41,282 bases of DNA from Clostridia bacterium (GCA_017457385.1 JAFTHO010000045.1:1-41282); one strand, 5' to 3'; positions 1 through 8,903 are shown, counted from the stretch's first letter. Numbers and translations: made by a program. The notes: a model not told the origin generated them from the letters alone.

Positions 1-2
1 TG

Positions 3-650
3 TATCAGTCGCACAAAACGTGTGACACAAACGGCATTGCACACGCATTGCTCAAAAAGTTTGGTTCACTCACAGGCATCATCAACGCAGACGTGAGCGA
101 ACTCATGACGGTAAAGGGTGTTGGCGAAAGCACAGCTACCATGATCAAAAACTATCTGGCGGTTTTTCGCAGGTATAAGGTAGAAATGATAAAAAACAAA
201 AAACGTCTGTCTACCTTTCTGGATGTTTTCAATTATACCCACACTTTGCTCGAGGAGTCTGCCAGAGAAGAACTTGTGGTAATTTGTCTTGACGGCAGTC
301 ACGAAATTGTCAACATAAAAACGTGGATTGGCTCGGTAAACAAAGTGAGCGTGCTTGCCCGCGAAATTGTTGGTTTTTGTTATGCATCAAAGGCGGTGGG
401 TGTGATCATTGCGCATTCTCATCCAACAGGTATGGCAAGACCGTCAAACAACGACTTGCTTTTTACAAAAATGTTATACAATGCGTTGCGCACAATTGAC
501 GTATCTCTTATGGAGCACATCATCATTGGCAAAGACGAATATTTTAGTTTTTACAAACAGGATTTGTTGCTAAAATATTGCGACGAATATGACGTGACGT
601 ACAAAGCATTTGGTGTGGCAAAAAATCTGCTCACCTTTACAAACGATTAA
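3..650 (+). CDS. radC: RadC/JAB-domain (UPF0758) protein, 5'-partial at window edge
   Basis: Frame is open from the window start (..DTNGIAHALLKKFGSL..). HhH motif 'VKGVGES' and JAB motif 'AHSHPTG..PSNND..EHIIIG'. Confidence 0.85.
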   Translation, partial: YQSHKTCDTNGIAHALLKKFGSLTGIINADVSELMTVKGVGESTATMIKNYLAVFRRYKVEMIKNKKRLSTFLDVFNYTHTLLEESAREELVVICLDGSHEIVNIKTWIGSVNKVSVLAREIVGFCYASKAVGVIIAHSHPTGMARPSNNDLLFTKMLYNALRTIDVSLMEHIIIGKDEYFSFYKQDLLLKYCDEYDVTYKAFGVAKNLLTFTND

Positions 651-670
651 ACAACCTTATGGAGGGATTT

Positions 671-2113
671 ATGATAAAAGAAGTTCGCACTCGTTTTGCT
701 CCAAGCCCAACGGGATATATGCACATCGGCAACCTGCGCACAGCGCTTTATGCCTATCTTTTTGCACGCAAAAACAACGGCAAGTTTATTTTGCGTATAG
801 AAGACACAGATATGGAAAGATACGTCGAAGGTGCAGTGGACATCATTTTGGACACGCTCAAAACAGTTGGCATGGACTATGACGAAGGCCCAATCGTTGG
901 TGGCGACTATGGTCCATACGTGCAAAGCCAACGCAAAAACGAATATATGAAATATGCTTTGGAACTTGTAGAAAAAGGAGAGGCATATTATTGTTTTTGC
1001 AGCAAAGAAAGACTTGAAAATCTGCCTGACGTAAACGGCGCACGCAAATATGACAAACATTGTCTGCACCTGTCTAAAGAAGAAATTCAGGCAAAACTTG
1101 ACGCAGGCGAACCTTTCGTTATCCGTCAGAATATGCCAACAGAGGGCAAAACAAAATATCACGATATGGTTTTTGGCGATATCGAAATTGACAACAGCGA
1201 GCTTGAGGACAACATTCTCATCAAGTCAGACGGTATGCCAACCTACAACTTTGCCAACGTAATTGACGACCACCTTATGAACATCACTGTGGTTATGCGT
1301 GGCATCGAATATTTGTCATCAACGCCAAAATACAACCTTTTGTACAAGGCTTTCGGCTGGGAACAACCAATGTATATGCACTTGCCACCAATCATGAAAG
1401 ATGCACAGCACAAACTTTCTAAACGAAACGGCGACGCAAGTTTTGCAGATCTTTTGGAAAAAGGCTTTTTGACAGAAGCTATCGTAAACTATATTGCTCT
1501 TCTCGGCTGGTCACCAAAAGGCAACGAAGAAAAACTTTCTATGGACGAACTCAAACAGATGTTTGGCGTAGAGGGCATTTCTAAATCACAATCTATCTTT
1601 GACGAACAAAAACTCCGCTGGCTCAACGGCAGATATATCAAAGAACTCGACTTTGACAAGTTTGTGTCTATGGCAACACCTTTCCTCGACAAATCAAAGG
1701 TGGCAGGCAAATATGACTATATCAAACTTTGCAAACTCATCCAGTCACGCATTGATACTTTGGGCGACATCCCTGACCTTGTAAACTTCCTCGAAGAGTT
1801 TGAGGCTTTTGACAACGAACTTTATACTCACAAAAAACTCAAAACAAACCCGGACGTTGCAAAAGACGTGTTGCCAAAAGTGAGAGAAAAACTTGCCTCT
1901 CTTGACGACTGGAACGAAACGTCAATTCACGACACACTCATTGGTCTTGTTGGCGAACTGGGTGTAAAAAACGGCATCGTATTGTGGCCTGTTCGTGTGG
2001 CACTCAGTGGCAAAGCAAGCACACCTGGTGGCGCAACAGAACTTGCCGACCTTTTGGGCAAAGAAGAATCTCTCCGCAGACTTGATTTTTCTATGGAATT
2101 GCTTAATAAATAA
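671..2113 (+). CDS. gltX: Glutamate--tRNA ligase
   Basis: RTRFAPSPTGYMHIGN (HIGH) and KLSKR motifs. GGAGGG SD precedes ATG 671. Confidence 0.97.
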   Translation: MIKEVRTRFAPSPTGYMHIGNLRTALYAYLFARKNNGKFILRIEDTDMERYVEGAVDIILDTLKTVGMDYDEGPIVGGDYGPYVQSQRKNEYMKYALELVEKGEAYYCFCSKERLENLPDVNGARKYDKHCLHLSKEEIQAKLDAGEPFVIRQNMPTEGKTKYHDMVFGDIEIDNSELEDNILIKSDGMPTYNFANVIDDHLMNITVVMRGIEYLSSTPKYNLLYKAFGWEQPMYMHLPPIMKDAQHKLSKRNGDASFADLLEKGFLTEAIVNYIALLGWSPKGNEEKLSMDELKQMFGVEGISKSQSIFDEQKLRWLNGRYIKELDFDKFVSMATPFLDKSKVAGKYDYIKLCKLIQSRIDTLGDIPDLVNFLEEFEAFDNELYTHKKLKTNPDVAKDVLPKVREKLASLDDWNETSIHDTLIGLVGELGVKNGIVLWPVRVALSGKASTPGGATELADLLGKEESLRRLDFSMELLNK

Positions 2114-2136
2114 AACACACTTACAAAGTATAATAA

Positions 2137-2166
2137 AAAAAGCACAGGAAAATTCCTGTGCTTTTT
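2137..2166 (+). terminator. Intrinsic terminator after gltX
   Basis: AAAAAGCACAGGAA-aa-TTCCTGTGCTTTTT hairpin with T tract. Confidence 0.8.
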
Positions 2167-2207
2167 GTTTGTAAAATTTGTTAAAATTAGGTCATAAAAA
2201 TAAAAAA

Positions 2208-2275
2208 CCTCCATCGGAGGAGGGAGGTGGATGCGAGTTTACGAGCAGACGGAGGGAGTCGAAAGTAAAAACCCT
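2208..2275 (+). repeat. Left inverted-repeat arm of cassette 1
   Basis: CCTCCATCGGAGGAGGGAGGTGGAT-GCGAGTTTACGAGC-AGACGGAGGGAGTCGAAAGTAAAAACCCT, a GC-rich island in AT-rich DNA. Confidence 0.9.
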
Positions 2276-2311
2276 CTTTTTTTATTATAAAAAATAGTGT
2301 AAACTAATGCT

Positions 2312-2668
2312 ATGAAAAAATATAATGAAAAAGGGACTCAACTTGCAAAACAATTGCGAAAAAACTCAACCCCGTGGGAAAGAAAACTATGGTATGAGTT
2401 TTTAAAAGATTATTCCACAAGATTTACACGACAAAAACCATTGGGGAATTATATTGCAGATTTTTATTGTTCCAAGGCAAAATTGGTTATAGAACTTGAT
2501 GGCAGTCAACACTTTTTGCCACAAGAAAGTCAAAAAGATTTGCAACGAACAAATGAGTTAGAAAAAACAGGTCTTTTGGTTTTGCGAATAAACAATGACG
2601 AAATTGACAAAAACTTTAACAACGTTTGTGAATATATAGATATGCAGGTTAAAGCAAGGCTAGGGTAG
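2312..2668 (+). CDS. DUF559 family (Vsr/very-short-patch-repair-like) endonuclease
   Basis: Motifs LRKNSTPWERKLW, FTRQKPLGNYIADFYC, IELDGSQH and D..RT..LE..G..VLRI.N.EI. Confidence 0.9.
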   Translation: MKKYNEKGTQLAKQLRKNSTPWERKLWYEFLKDYSTRFTRQKPLGNYIADFYCSKAKLVIELDGSQHFLPQESQKDLQRTNELEKTGLLVLRINNDEIDKNFNNVCEYIDMQVKARLG

Positions 2669-2732
2669 TTTTATTTTCGACTCCCTCCGTCTTTTCGCTA
2701 CGCTCAAATCCACCTCCCTCCTCCGATGGAGG
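2662..2732 (-). repeat. Right inverted-repeat arm of cassette 1
   Basis: Reverse complement of the left arm except for a 15-nt central spacer. Overlaps the DUF559 stop codon. Confidence 0.9.
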
Positions 2733-2803
2733 CTTTAAACAGAATGTTTTAAAATTTAGCAATTTATTAAATTGTAATAGTGTTGCTTTTTATACAAAGT
2801 AAC

Positions 2804-2838
2804 AAAAAAAAGACACGAGAAAAGCACGTGTCTTTTTT
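2804..2838. terminator. Bidirectional terminator-like hairpin
   Basis: AAAAAAGACACG..CGTGTCTTTTTT between the convergent DUF559 and SDR genes. Confidence 0.65.
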
Positions 2839-2856
2839 GTTTTGTTTTTTAGTTGC

Positions 2857-3082
2857 GTCACCACTACAACAAGTCAGCACCATAAAGGCTTTGTTTTACA
2901 ACTGCACCTCATACAGAGCCAACCTTTGGTGACTTTTTACTCGAAGTGGTGCAGTTTACATACCAGCATTTGCAAAGTTTGTTTCAACAAACAAAGTTGC
3001 ATTTTACTCGTGTTTGTCACCACTACAACAAGTCATCACCATAAAAGTTTTGTATAACAACTAAACTTTATACAGAGCCAAC
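2857..3082 (-). repeat. Tandem non-coding repeat (period 159 bp), homologous to 18011-18232
   Basis: 2857-2923 and 3016-3082 match at 58/67 positions without gaps. The reverse complement shares several ordered blocks with 18011-18232. Confidence 0.85.
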
Positions 3083-3109
3083 TCGTTCGCGCGAACTTTT
3101 GAAGTTCGC

Positions 3110-3868
3110 TTATGGACGCAATGCAGAGCCACCTTGGAGTTCGATTGTCTGACCTGTGATATAAGCAGATTCGTCACTTGCAAGGAACACGCAAACACGA
3201 CCGATATCTTCCTGTGGATCGCCAAAGCGGTGAAGTGGGATAGCAGAAAGTTGTTTTGCATACATTTCAGGGAAGGCTTCTTTCCATTGTGCAAGACCAG
3301 GTGTCATTGCGAGTGGGCAAACAACGTTTACACGAATGCCAAATTCGCCCCATTCTGTTGCAGCAGTACGGCTGAGACCACGGATGCCTTCTTTTGCAGC
3401 GCCGTATGATGACTGACCAGGTCTGCCGTGCAAACCGGCACCAGATGCAAAGTTGATGACTGTGCCTTTGCTTTCTTTAAGATAAGGGAAAGCCTCTCTC
3501 ATATACCAGAAAGAAGCATAAAGACCTGTGTAGATAGCAAGGTCAAAATCTTCGGTAGTGTGCTCTACAAGTGTGAGACCAGATTTAGAAGTTTGTGCAT
3601 TGTTTACAATGCTGTCAATGCGACCATAGTGTTCTGCAATTTTTGCAACTGCGTTTTTTACGTCAGCTTCTTTACTGCCGTCTGCAGAAACGCAAAATAC
3701 AGGCACGTTGTAGTCAGCTGTGATTTGTTGTGCTGCTTTTTCAAGTTTGTCAAGGTTGCGACCAGTGATAGCAAGGCTTGCGCCTTCTGCCGCAAAAGCA
3801 CGTGCAATGCCAAGACCAATGCCTTGACCACCACCTGTGACAACAACTACTTTGTCTTTCATTTTCAT
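3110..3868 (-). CDS. Short-chain dehydrogenase/reductase, hydroxysteroid dehydrogenase-like
   Basis: TGGGQGIG NAD(P)-binding motif, NNA and catalytic YGAAK. AAGGAG SD before ATG 3868. Confidence 0.9.
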   Translation of the reverse strand: MKMKDKVVVVTGGGQGIGLGIARAFAAEGASLAITGRNLDKLEKAAQQITADYNVPVFCVSADGSKEADVKNAVAKIAEHYGRIDSIVNNAQTSKSGLTLVEHTTEDFDLAIYTGLYASFWYMREAFPYLKESKGTVINFASGAGLHGRPGQSSYGAAKEGIRGLSRTAATEWGEFGIRVNVVCPLAMTPGLAQWKEAFPEMYAKQLSAIPLHRFGDPQEDIGRVCVFLASDESAYITGQTIELQGGSALRP

Positions 3869-4176
3869 AGGCGTGTTCTCCTTGTGGATAATATAGATAA
3901 CAAAATTATATTGTAAAAAAGTGCAAAAAGCAAACAAAAACAGGGTGTGTTGCAAAACGTTATCTTTTTGACAGATTGAAACAAAAACAAAAAAAGTGTT
4001 TCATATGAACAAAACCTTGTTTAAACAAAAAAACAGATGGATATTAACAAAAGACACAAATTTGAACAAAAAATCTATACAAAATTTATACAGCGGTATG
4101 AATAAAATTGCAAACAATAAAAAAATATCGACAAAAGTCGACAAAGTGTAGTATAATGACGCAACAAGGTGTAAAA

Positions 4177-5796
4177 ATGACGTTTATACAAAAAGCACAA
4201 AATTTTATAAACAGCCTTTCTTTTGTATATGCAGTGGCACTTGCCGTTGCGTTGATATGGCTCATAGGGTGGGAGATTGCCGGCTTTTTTATGCTGGTGG
4301 CTTTTGCATGCACAACGTTGCTTTTGCAACGCAATGCAACGCCATTTGTGGTGATAACAAGCCTTGTTACATATTGTCTGTCACTCAAACAGGTGCCTGC
4401 ATCTATCGAGACAGGCCGTGTGCCGGCAGATTTTGTGTGGCTTGCAGTTGCTCTCATGGTGCTTTTTGCATATATGATTTTTTGCGTGGTATATCACAAG
4501 AAAAAATATCCACGTCAAAACAACAAATTTTTAAACCTTGGCACAAGTTTTGCTTTTTGTCTTGTTGCACTTGCACTTGCAGGTCTTTTTTCTGACCAGT
4601 TCAGTTTTGGCAACAACGCAATAGTGGTTGTGCTTTATGCATTGCTTTTTGTTATATATCTTGTGTTGTCATCAGGTGACATACCAGATTATAAAAAACT
4701 GATTGCTCACATTATTGTGGCGGTGGGCCTTGTTATCAGTTTTGAAGTTATCGTCACAATTGCAAACTGCCCTGACCCAATCACTTACGTGGCACGCAAA
4801 ATGTGGGTTGTTGGATGGGGTGGCCCAAACAACGTTGCAACGACAATGTGTTTTTGCATCATGATGGCATTTTATCTTTGCCTTTCAAACGAAAACCCGT
4901 TGTATCTTGTGCTTGCGGCATGTTTTGTGGTGATAGAGTTGCTCACAGTGAGCAGAGGCAACATATATTCTTTGTTCCTTATCATGCCGTTTGTGGGTGT
5001 GTATGGTTTTGTAAAAACAAAACGCAAAAAAGCAATGGCACTCACCTTGCTGGCAATAGTGGCAGTAGTGGCATTGTTTGTATATACAAATCAGTCGCTT
5101 ATTGACAAACTGTTTGAGGTGATGAGAGAAAAAGGTCTGGAAAACACACCACGACGTGCTTTGTGGGGATATTTTGTAGACTTGTTCAACAACAACAAAC
5201 TGTTTGGTGCAGGCTTTTTCGATCCTGTTTCAAGCACAATGTACAAACCTCATGCAATACTGGTGCACATTTTGTCAGGCATGGGCATTTTTGGTCTGCT
5301 TGTGTTTGGCTATCATTATTATCGCAAATATATCATATTGCTCAGCCATGGCTCTGCATTTCGTTTTTTTGCAGTGATGGTTTGCTATCAGTTGTTTATG
5401 TACAGCGTGATAGATATGGATTTTTATATGATATATCAAAACTTTCTGGTGCTTGGCGTGCTTGAGGCTCTCAAACAAGAGAGAGAAGAGCTTGGCAAAA
5501 CAACACCTATTCTGCACGTGCCGGTGTGGGCAAACGTTGTCATCTGTCTGCTTGGCATAGCCCTTGCAATCGTTGGCACGGTGTTTGTGTCAGACGCCAT
5601 CGTGTGGGAAGAAGGTCTTGGATGGTGCCTGTGGGAAATTGACTATATCATCACCTTTGCGTGTTACGTAGTGGGTGGTGTGGCATTGTTTATCAGCTGG
5701 GGCAACCTGTGGCGCAACAACCTTAAACCGGTTGTAAAACCAAAACTAAAACAACTGCTCGCAAAAATTTTTGGCAACAAACAGACAAACAAATAA
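4177..5796 (+). CDS. Polytopic membrane protein, O-antigen ligase/Wzy-like
   Basis: Many hydrophobic segments plus 'GWGGPNN', 'TVSRG', 'R..LW..F..N.LFGAG', 'H..LVHIL..MGIFG'. Confidence 0.7.
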   Translation: MTFIQKAQNFINSLSFVYAVALAVALIWLIGWEIAGFFMLVAFACTTLLLQRNATPFVVITSLVTYCLSLKQVPASIETGRVPADFVWLAVALMVLFAYMIFCVVYHKKKYPRQNNKFLNLGTSFAFCLVALALAGLFSDQFSFGNNAIVVVLYALLFVIYLVLSSGDIPDYKKLIAHIIVAVGLVISFEVIVTIANCPDPITYVARKMWVVGWGGPNNVATTMCFCIMMAFYLCLSNENPLYLVLAACFVVIELLTVSRGNIYSLFLIMPFVGVYGFVKTKRKKAMALTLLAIVAVVALFVYTNQSLIDKLFEVMREKGLENTPRRALWGYFVDLFNNNKLFGAGFFDPVSSTMYKPHAILVHILSGMGIFGLLVFGYHYYRKYIILLSHGSAFRFFAVMVCYQLFMYSVIDMDFYMIYQNFLVLGVLEALKQEREELGKTTPILHVPVWANVVICLLGIALAIVGTVFVSDAIVWEEGLGWCLWEIDYIITFACYVVGGVALFISWGNLWRNNLKPVVKPKLKQLLAKIFGNKQTNK

Positions 5797-5811
5797 ATAT
5801 CGGCAAAAAAT

Positions 5812-5843
5812 AAAAAACGGACGTGATTTCACGTCCGTTTTTT
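5812..5843. terminator. Bidirectional terminator
   Basis: AAAAAACGGACGTGA-tt-TCACGTCCGTTTTTT between convergent genes. Confidence 0.8.
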
Positions 5844-7228
5844 TATTTTTTGTTTTCTTTCATTTGGCGTTTTGTTATTTTTGCTCTGGCTTTTTTTACA
5901 AACTTGGTGTTTTTGCGACCTTTTCTCACACGTTTGCGGTGGTGTTCCAATGCATGGCGCATGTTCTTTTTGCCTTTAAAAATTGGGTTTTGCTCGTTTT
6001 TGGCAATTACGTCCATATATATTTCGTATGCCATCAAAGCAATTTCGTTCCATTTTTTATACAGCGTCTGTTTTGCACACAAGCCAACTTTTTGCAAAAG
6101 GTCTTTGTCTGCCATGAGTGTGGCTATCTTTTTTGCCATATTGACAGGGTTGTCGTCACACAAAAATCCGTTTGTGTCGTCTGTCACACCGCATGCGGCA
6201 TTGCTGCCCGCAAGCAAAAGACTTGGTGTTTCAAATGCGGCTGCCTCATATTTTACCACGCCGTCGCTGTCGTATACGCTAGGGAACAAAAACAAGTCTG
6301 CCCTGCAATACAACGATTTGAGCAAGGTCTGGTCAAGCACTTTGCCTGTCATCAAAACTTTGTCCTGCAGGTTGTATGCTTTTATTTTTTCTTTAAGACG
6401 GCTTTTTTCGTCACCGTCGCCGACGTATATCATCCTGAAGTTTGTTTGCGTTTTTGACAGGTGATAAATTGCATCAAGGATGAGATATATGTTTTTTGGT
6501 TTTATCAGTCTGCCAACAAACAGCAACACAGTTTCGTCAGGTGACAAACCATACGTCTGGTTGCAGATGTTTTTCAGTTCGTCAAGGTCGCCGTCGTAAG
6601 ACATATCCGTGCCGTTTGGCAAAATTTTTACGTCTCCGTTAAAGCCATATGACCTCAAAGTGTCACGGGTGGCTGTGTTCATTGTGAGCACCACGTCAGA
6701 CAAGTGAAAAACTTTCATGATAGCGTCAAGTGCAACGTTTTTGAGGCTGTCAAGCTTTAGCACACGTTTGAGATCCTGGTGATATTGCGTGTGGAAAGTT
6801 GACACAACGGGTATATGCCTTTCGTTGGCATATTCTATCATAAACCTGCCCGTAAAGTATGGGCTGTGTATATGTATAAGGTCAATGTTTAGTCTGTCAA
6901 GCAGACGACGGAATTTTTTGTCGTTTTTTGCATGGCTGTAGTCATATCTCAACGGATGAAAATAGGTTGAGTTGCAAAACAAAACTGCAGTGTCACAAAG
7001 TGGCACCTTCCATCTGTGGGTAGGGGCGCACACAAGCACGTTGACCTTGTCTTTAAGGTTTTTTGCATAGTTGTCAATAACAGTCAGCACGCCGTCAACT
7101 ATTGGATAATAGTTGTCGTTTACAATGACTATTGTTTTTTTGCCATTGTTGTTAAACTCATCAATGACTTTTTCCATCTCAAGGTAATATTGTTTTTTGC
7201 CTTGACTGTCCAGTTTTTTGTATTCCAT
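5843..7228 (-). CDS. GT4 family glycosyltransferase (glycolipid synthase-like)
   Basis: DNYYPIVDGV, HIHSPY, TFHTQY, LFVGRL..KN and DLFLFPS.YD..GVV..EAAA motifs. Confidence 0.88.
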   Translation of the reverse strand: MEYKKLDSQGKKQYYLEMEKVIDEFNNNGKKTIVIVNDNYYPIVDGVLTVIDNYAKNLKDKVNVLVCAPTHRWKVPLCDTAVLFCNSTYFHPLRYDYSHAKNDKKFRRLLDRLNIDLIHIHSPYFTGRFMIEYANERHIPVVSTFHTQYHQDLKRVLKLDSLKNVALDAIMKVFHLSDVVLTMNTATRDTLRSYGFNGDVKILPNGTDMSYDGDLDELKNICNQTYGLSPDETVLLFVGRLIKPKNIYLILDAIYHLSKTQTNFRMIYVGDGDEKSRLKEKIKAYNLQDKVLMTGKVLDQTLLKSLYCRADLFLFPSVYDSDGVVKYEAAAFETPSLLLAGSNAACGVTDDTNGFLCDDNPVNMAKKIATLMADKDLLQKVGLCAKQTLYKKWNEIALMAYEIYMDVIAKNEQNPIFKGKKNMRHALEHHRKRVRKGRKNTKFVKKARAKITKRQMKENKK

Positions 7229-7318
7229 ACTACCTCTTTATTTCAAATACACATACAATATTATATCACGCACTTGAAAAGTATGCAAGGGTGGTTTTTG
7301 GTTAAACAAAACAAACAA

Positions 7319-7462
7319 TCAGCTCACAAAGTGGGTGGGGTTGTAGCAGGTTGGGCAAAGGTGATGATTTTGTTTTGAGCAGTCGGGGCATACCACGTCG
7401 TTGCATTTGTTGCACACACAAAAGTCTTTGTCCAGTTGTTTTTTGCAGTTAAAACACTTCAT
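7319..7462 (-). CDS. 47-aa Cys-rich putative zinc-finger microprotein (absent from ORF track)
   Basis: Manual translation: MKCFNCKKQLDKDFCVCNKCNDVVCPDCSKQNHHLCPTCYNPTHFVS*, with four CxxC motifs. Confidence 0.7.
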   Translation of the reverse strand: MKCFNCKKQLDKDFCVCNKCNDVVCPDCSKQNHHLCPTCYNPTHFVS

Positions 7463-7593
7463 GTCAAAAGGATATCCTTTTTTTGCAAAATCAAACAAAA
7501 CAAAAACTTTGTTGACACTATCAACAAAATTTGCACGGTATTTGCAAAACGTATGGACTTTTGAAAAAAAATAAACTATAATTAATTAACTAT

Positions 7594-8823
7594 ATGAAAG
7601 AAAAACAAAAAACGGTTGAACAAGAGTCTTTCGAACAAAAGATGACCATAGCCGAGCAGGAGTTTAAACTCAAACAGGCAGACAACACGGCAAAACAGTT
7701 AGAAGACAGAAAGAGCAAAGCAAACAAATTTGGCTATTTCTTTTTGTTGCTTACCGTAATTGCGCTTGTTGTCATTGCCGTGAGTGAGTTTAACAACAAC
7801 GAAGAGTATCCTTTGTCACTTGTGCTCAGCACCTGGGGACAAAACTGGCATTATATTCTGGCAGCAGTGGGATGCATTGTTTTATTGCTGTTTTTTGACG
7901 GTTTTCGTCAGTCTGTGCTTTTGCGTGGTTCAACGGGCAAGTGGCGTTTAAAGCTCACCTTTAAAAGCATGATTCTCGGCAGATATTTTGACAATATCAC
8001 ACCGTCTGCTATTGGCGGACAACCTTATCAGGTGTATTATCTGCACAAACACAAAGTGCCTGCAGGCATTGCAACAAGTTTGCCTGTGGTGTGCTTTTTT
8101 ATGCAACAGTTTGCATTTTTTGTGCTTGTTGTCATTTGCTTTGCGGTGTTTGGCCCAATTGTAGACAATCCATGGCTCAAAGTGGCAATCTATTTTGGCT
8201 CTTTGTGTATGATAGCAATGCCGTTGTCTATCATGATTTTTGCCTTTATACCAAAAACTGCACAAAAAATTGTTCGTGGCATTATTTTGCTTTTAAACAA
8301 AATAAAAATCGTCAAAAACAAAGAGGTTTTGATGTACAAATTTGACAACTACGTCAACGACTACAGCAAAAGCCTCAAAATCATAGGTGGACACAAAAAA
8401 ACACTCATCACAAGTTTTTTGTGTGCGCTTGTTTGTCAGTTGCTCAACTATTCGGTAGTATATTTTATCGTGCTTGCCAGTGGCGAAAGTCTGCCATGGT
8501 TTTACGTAATTGCACTTATGGCATATACTTCTGCCGCAAGTGCCTTTATACCAACACCTGGTGGCTCTGGTGCGATGGAAGGTTTCTTTTATCTCATCGT
8601 GTCTGTGCTGGTGGGTGGCTTTAGGTTCTGGGGCATGCTGTTGTGGCGTATACTCACCTTTTATATCCCGACAATCGTTGGTCTGGCAGTGCTTGTCAAC
8701 AACACAATCAAAGACAAAAGTTATCGCAGAAGGGGGTTGTTGCGCACCTCTTCGGATGACGACGATCAAAGTTTGATTGCAAGTGCCAATCCAGACGAAA
8801 AACAAGAAAATCAAGACGGCTGA
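7594..8823 (+). CDS. Lysylphosphatidylglycerol synthase TM / flippase-like membrane protein
   Basis: GRYFDNITPSAIGGQP, IPTPGGSGAMEG and LLWRILTFY motifs. Confidence 0.85.
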   Translation: MKEKQKTVEQESFEQKMTIAEQEFKLKQADNTAKQLEDRKSKANKFGYFFLLLTVIALVVIAVSEFNNNEEYPLSLVLSTWGQNWHYILAAVGCIVLLLFFDGFRQSVLLRGSTGKWRLKLTFKSMILGRYFDNITPSAIGGQPYQVYYLHKHKVPAGIATSLPVVCFFMQQFAFFVLVVICFAVFGPIVDNPWLKVAIYFGSLCMIAMPLSIMIFAFIPKTAQKIVRGIILLLNKIKIVKNKEVLMYKFDNYVNDYSKSLKIIGGHKKTLITSFLCALVCQLLNYSVVYFIVLASGESLPWFYVIALMAYTSAASAFIPTPGGSGAMEGFFYLIVSVLVGGFRFWGMLLWRILTFYIPTIVGLAVLVNNTIKDKSYRRRGLLRTSSDDDDQSLIASANPDEKQENQDG

Positions 8824-8903
8824 CCGCCGTCTTTTTTTGTGTCAAAAATAGCAAAAAATATTTTGTTTGTGTGCGGTCTGCTTTTTGTGTGGGTTTTTAA
8901 AAA

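Larger units (their letters stand above)
2208..2732. mobile_element. DUF559 cassette 1: endonuclease gene bounded by long inverted repeats
   Basis: 2208-2232 is the perfect reverse complement of 2708-2732 (25 bp), and 2247-2264 of 2675-2692 (18 bp). The only content is one DUF559 ORF. Mobility is inferred, not shown. Confidence 0.6.

Noticed and set aside
3-650. RadC/JAB protein as a marker of a mobile or defence island
   Set aside because: It has the HhH plus JAB housekeeping architecture and directly precedes gltX, with no island genes nearby.
2200-2740. Classical IS element with target-site duplication
   Set aside because: No DDE, HUH or serine recombinase motif in the ORF, and no direct repeat flanks either cassette beyond A/T runs.
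2842-3057. 71-aa ORF over the repeat, and the 79-aa ORF at 17964-18203
   Set aside because: The homologous DNA units do not keep a common reading frame (only IQSQ is shared) and neither has an SD. Treated as non-coding.
2857-3082. CRISPR array interpretation of the tandem repeats
   Set aside because: Only two imperfect ~67-bp copies with a ~160-bp period. The intervening sequence is itself homologous between loci rather than a unique spacer, and there are no cas genes.
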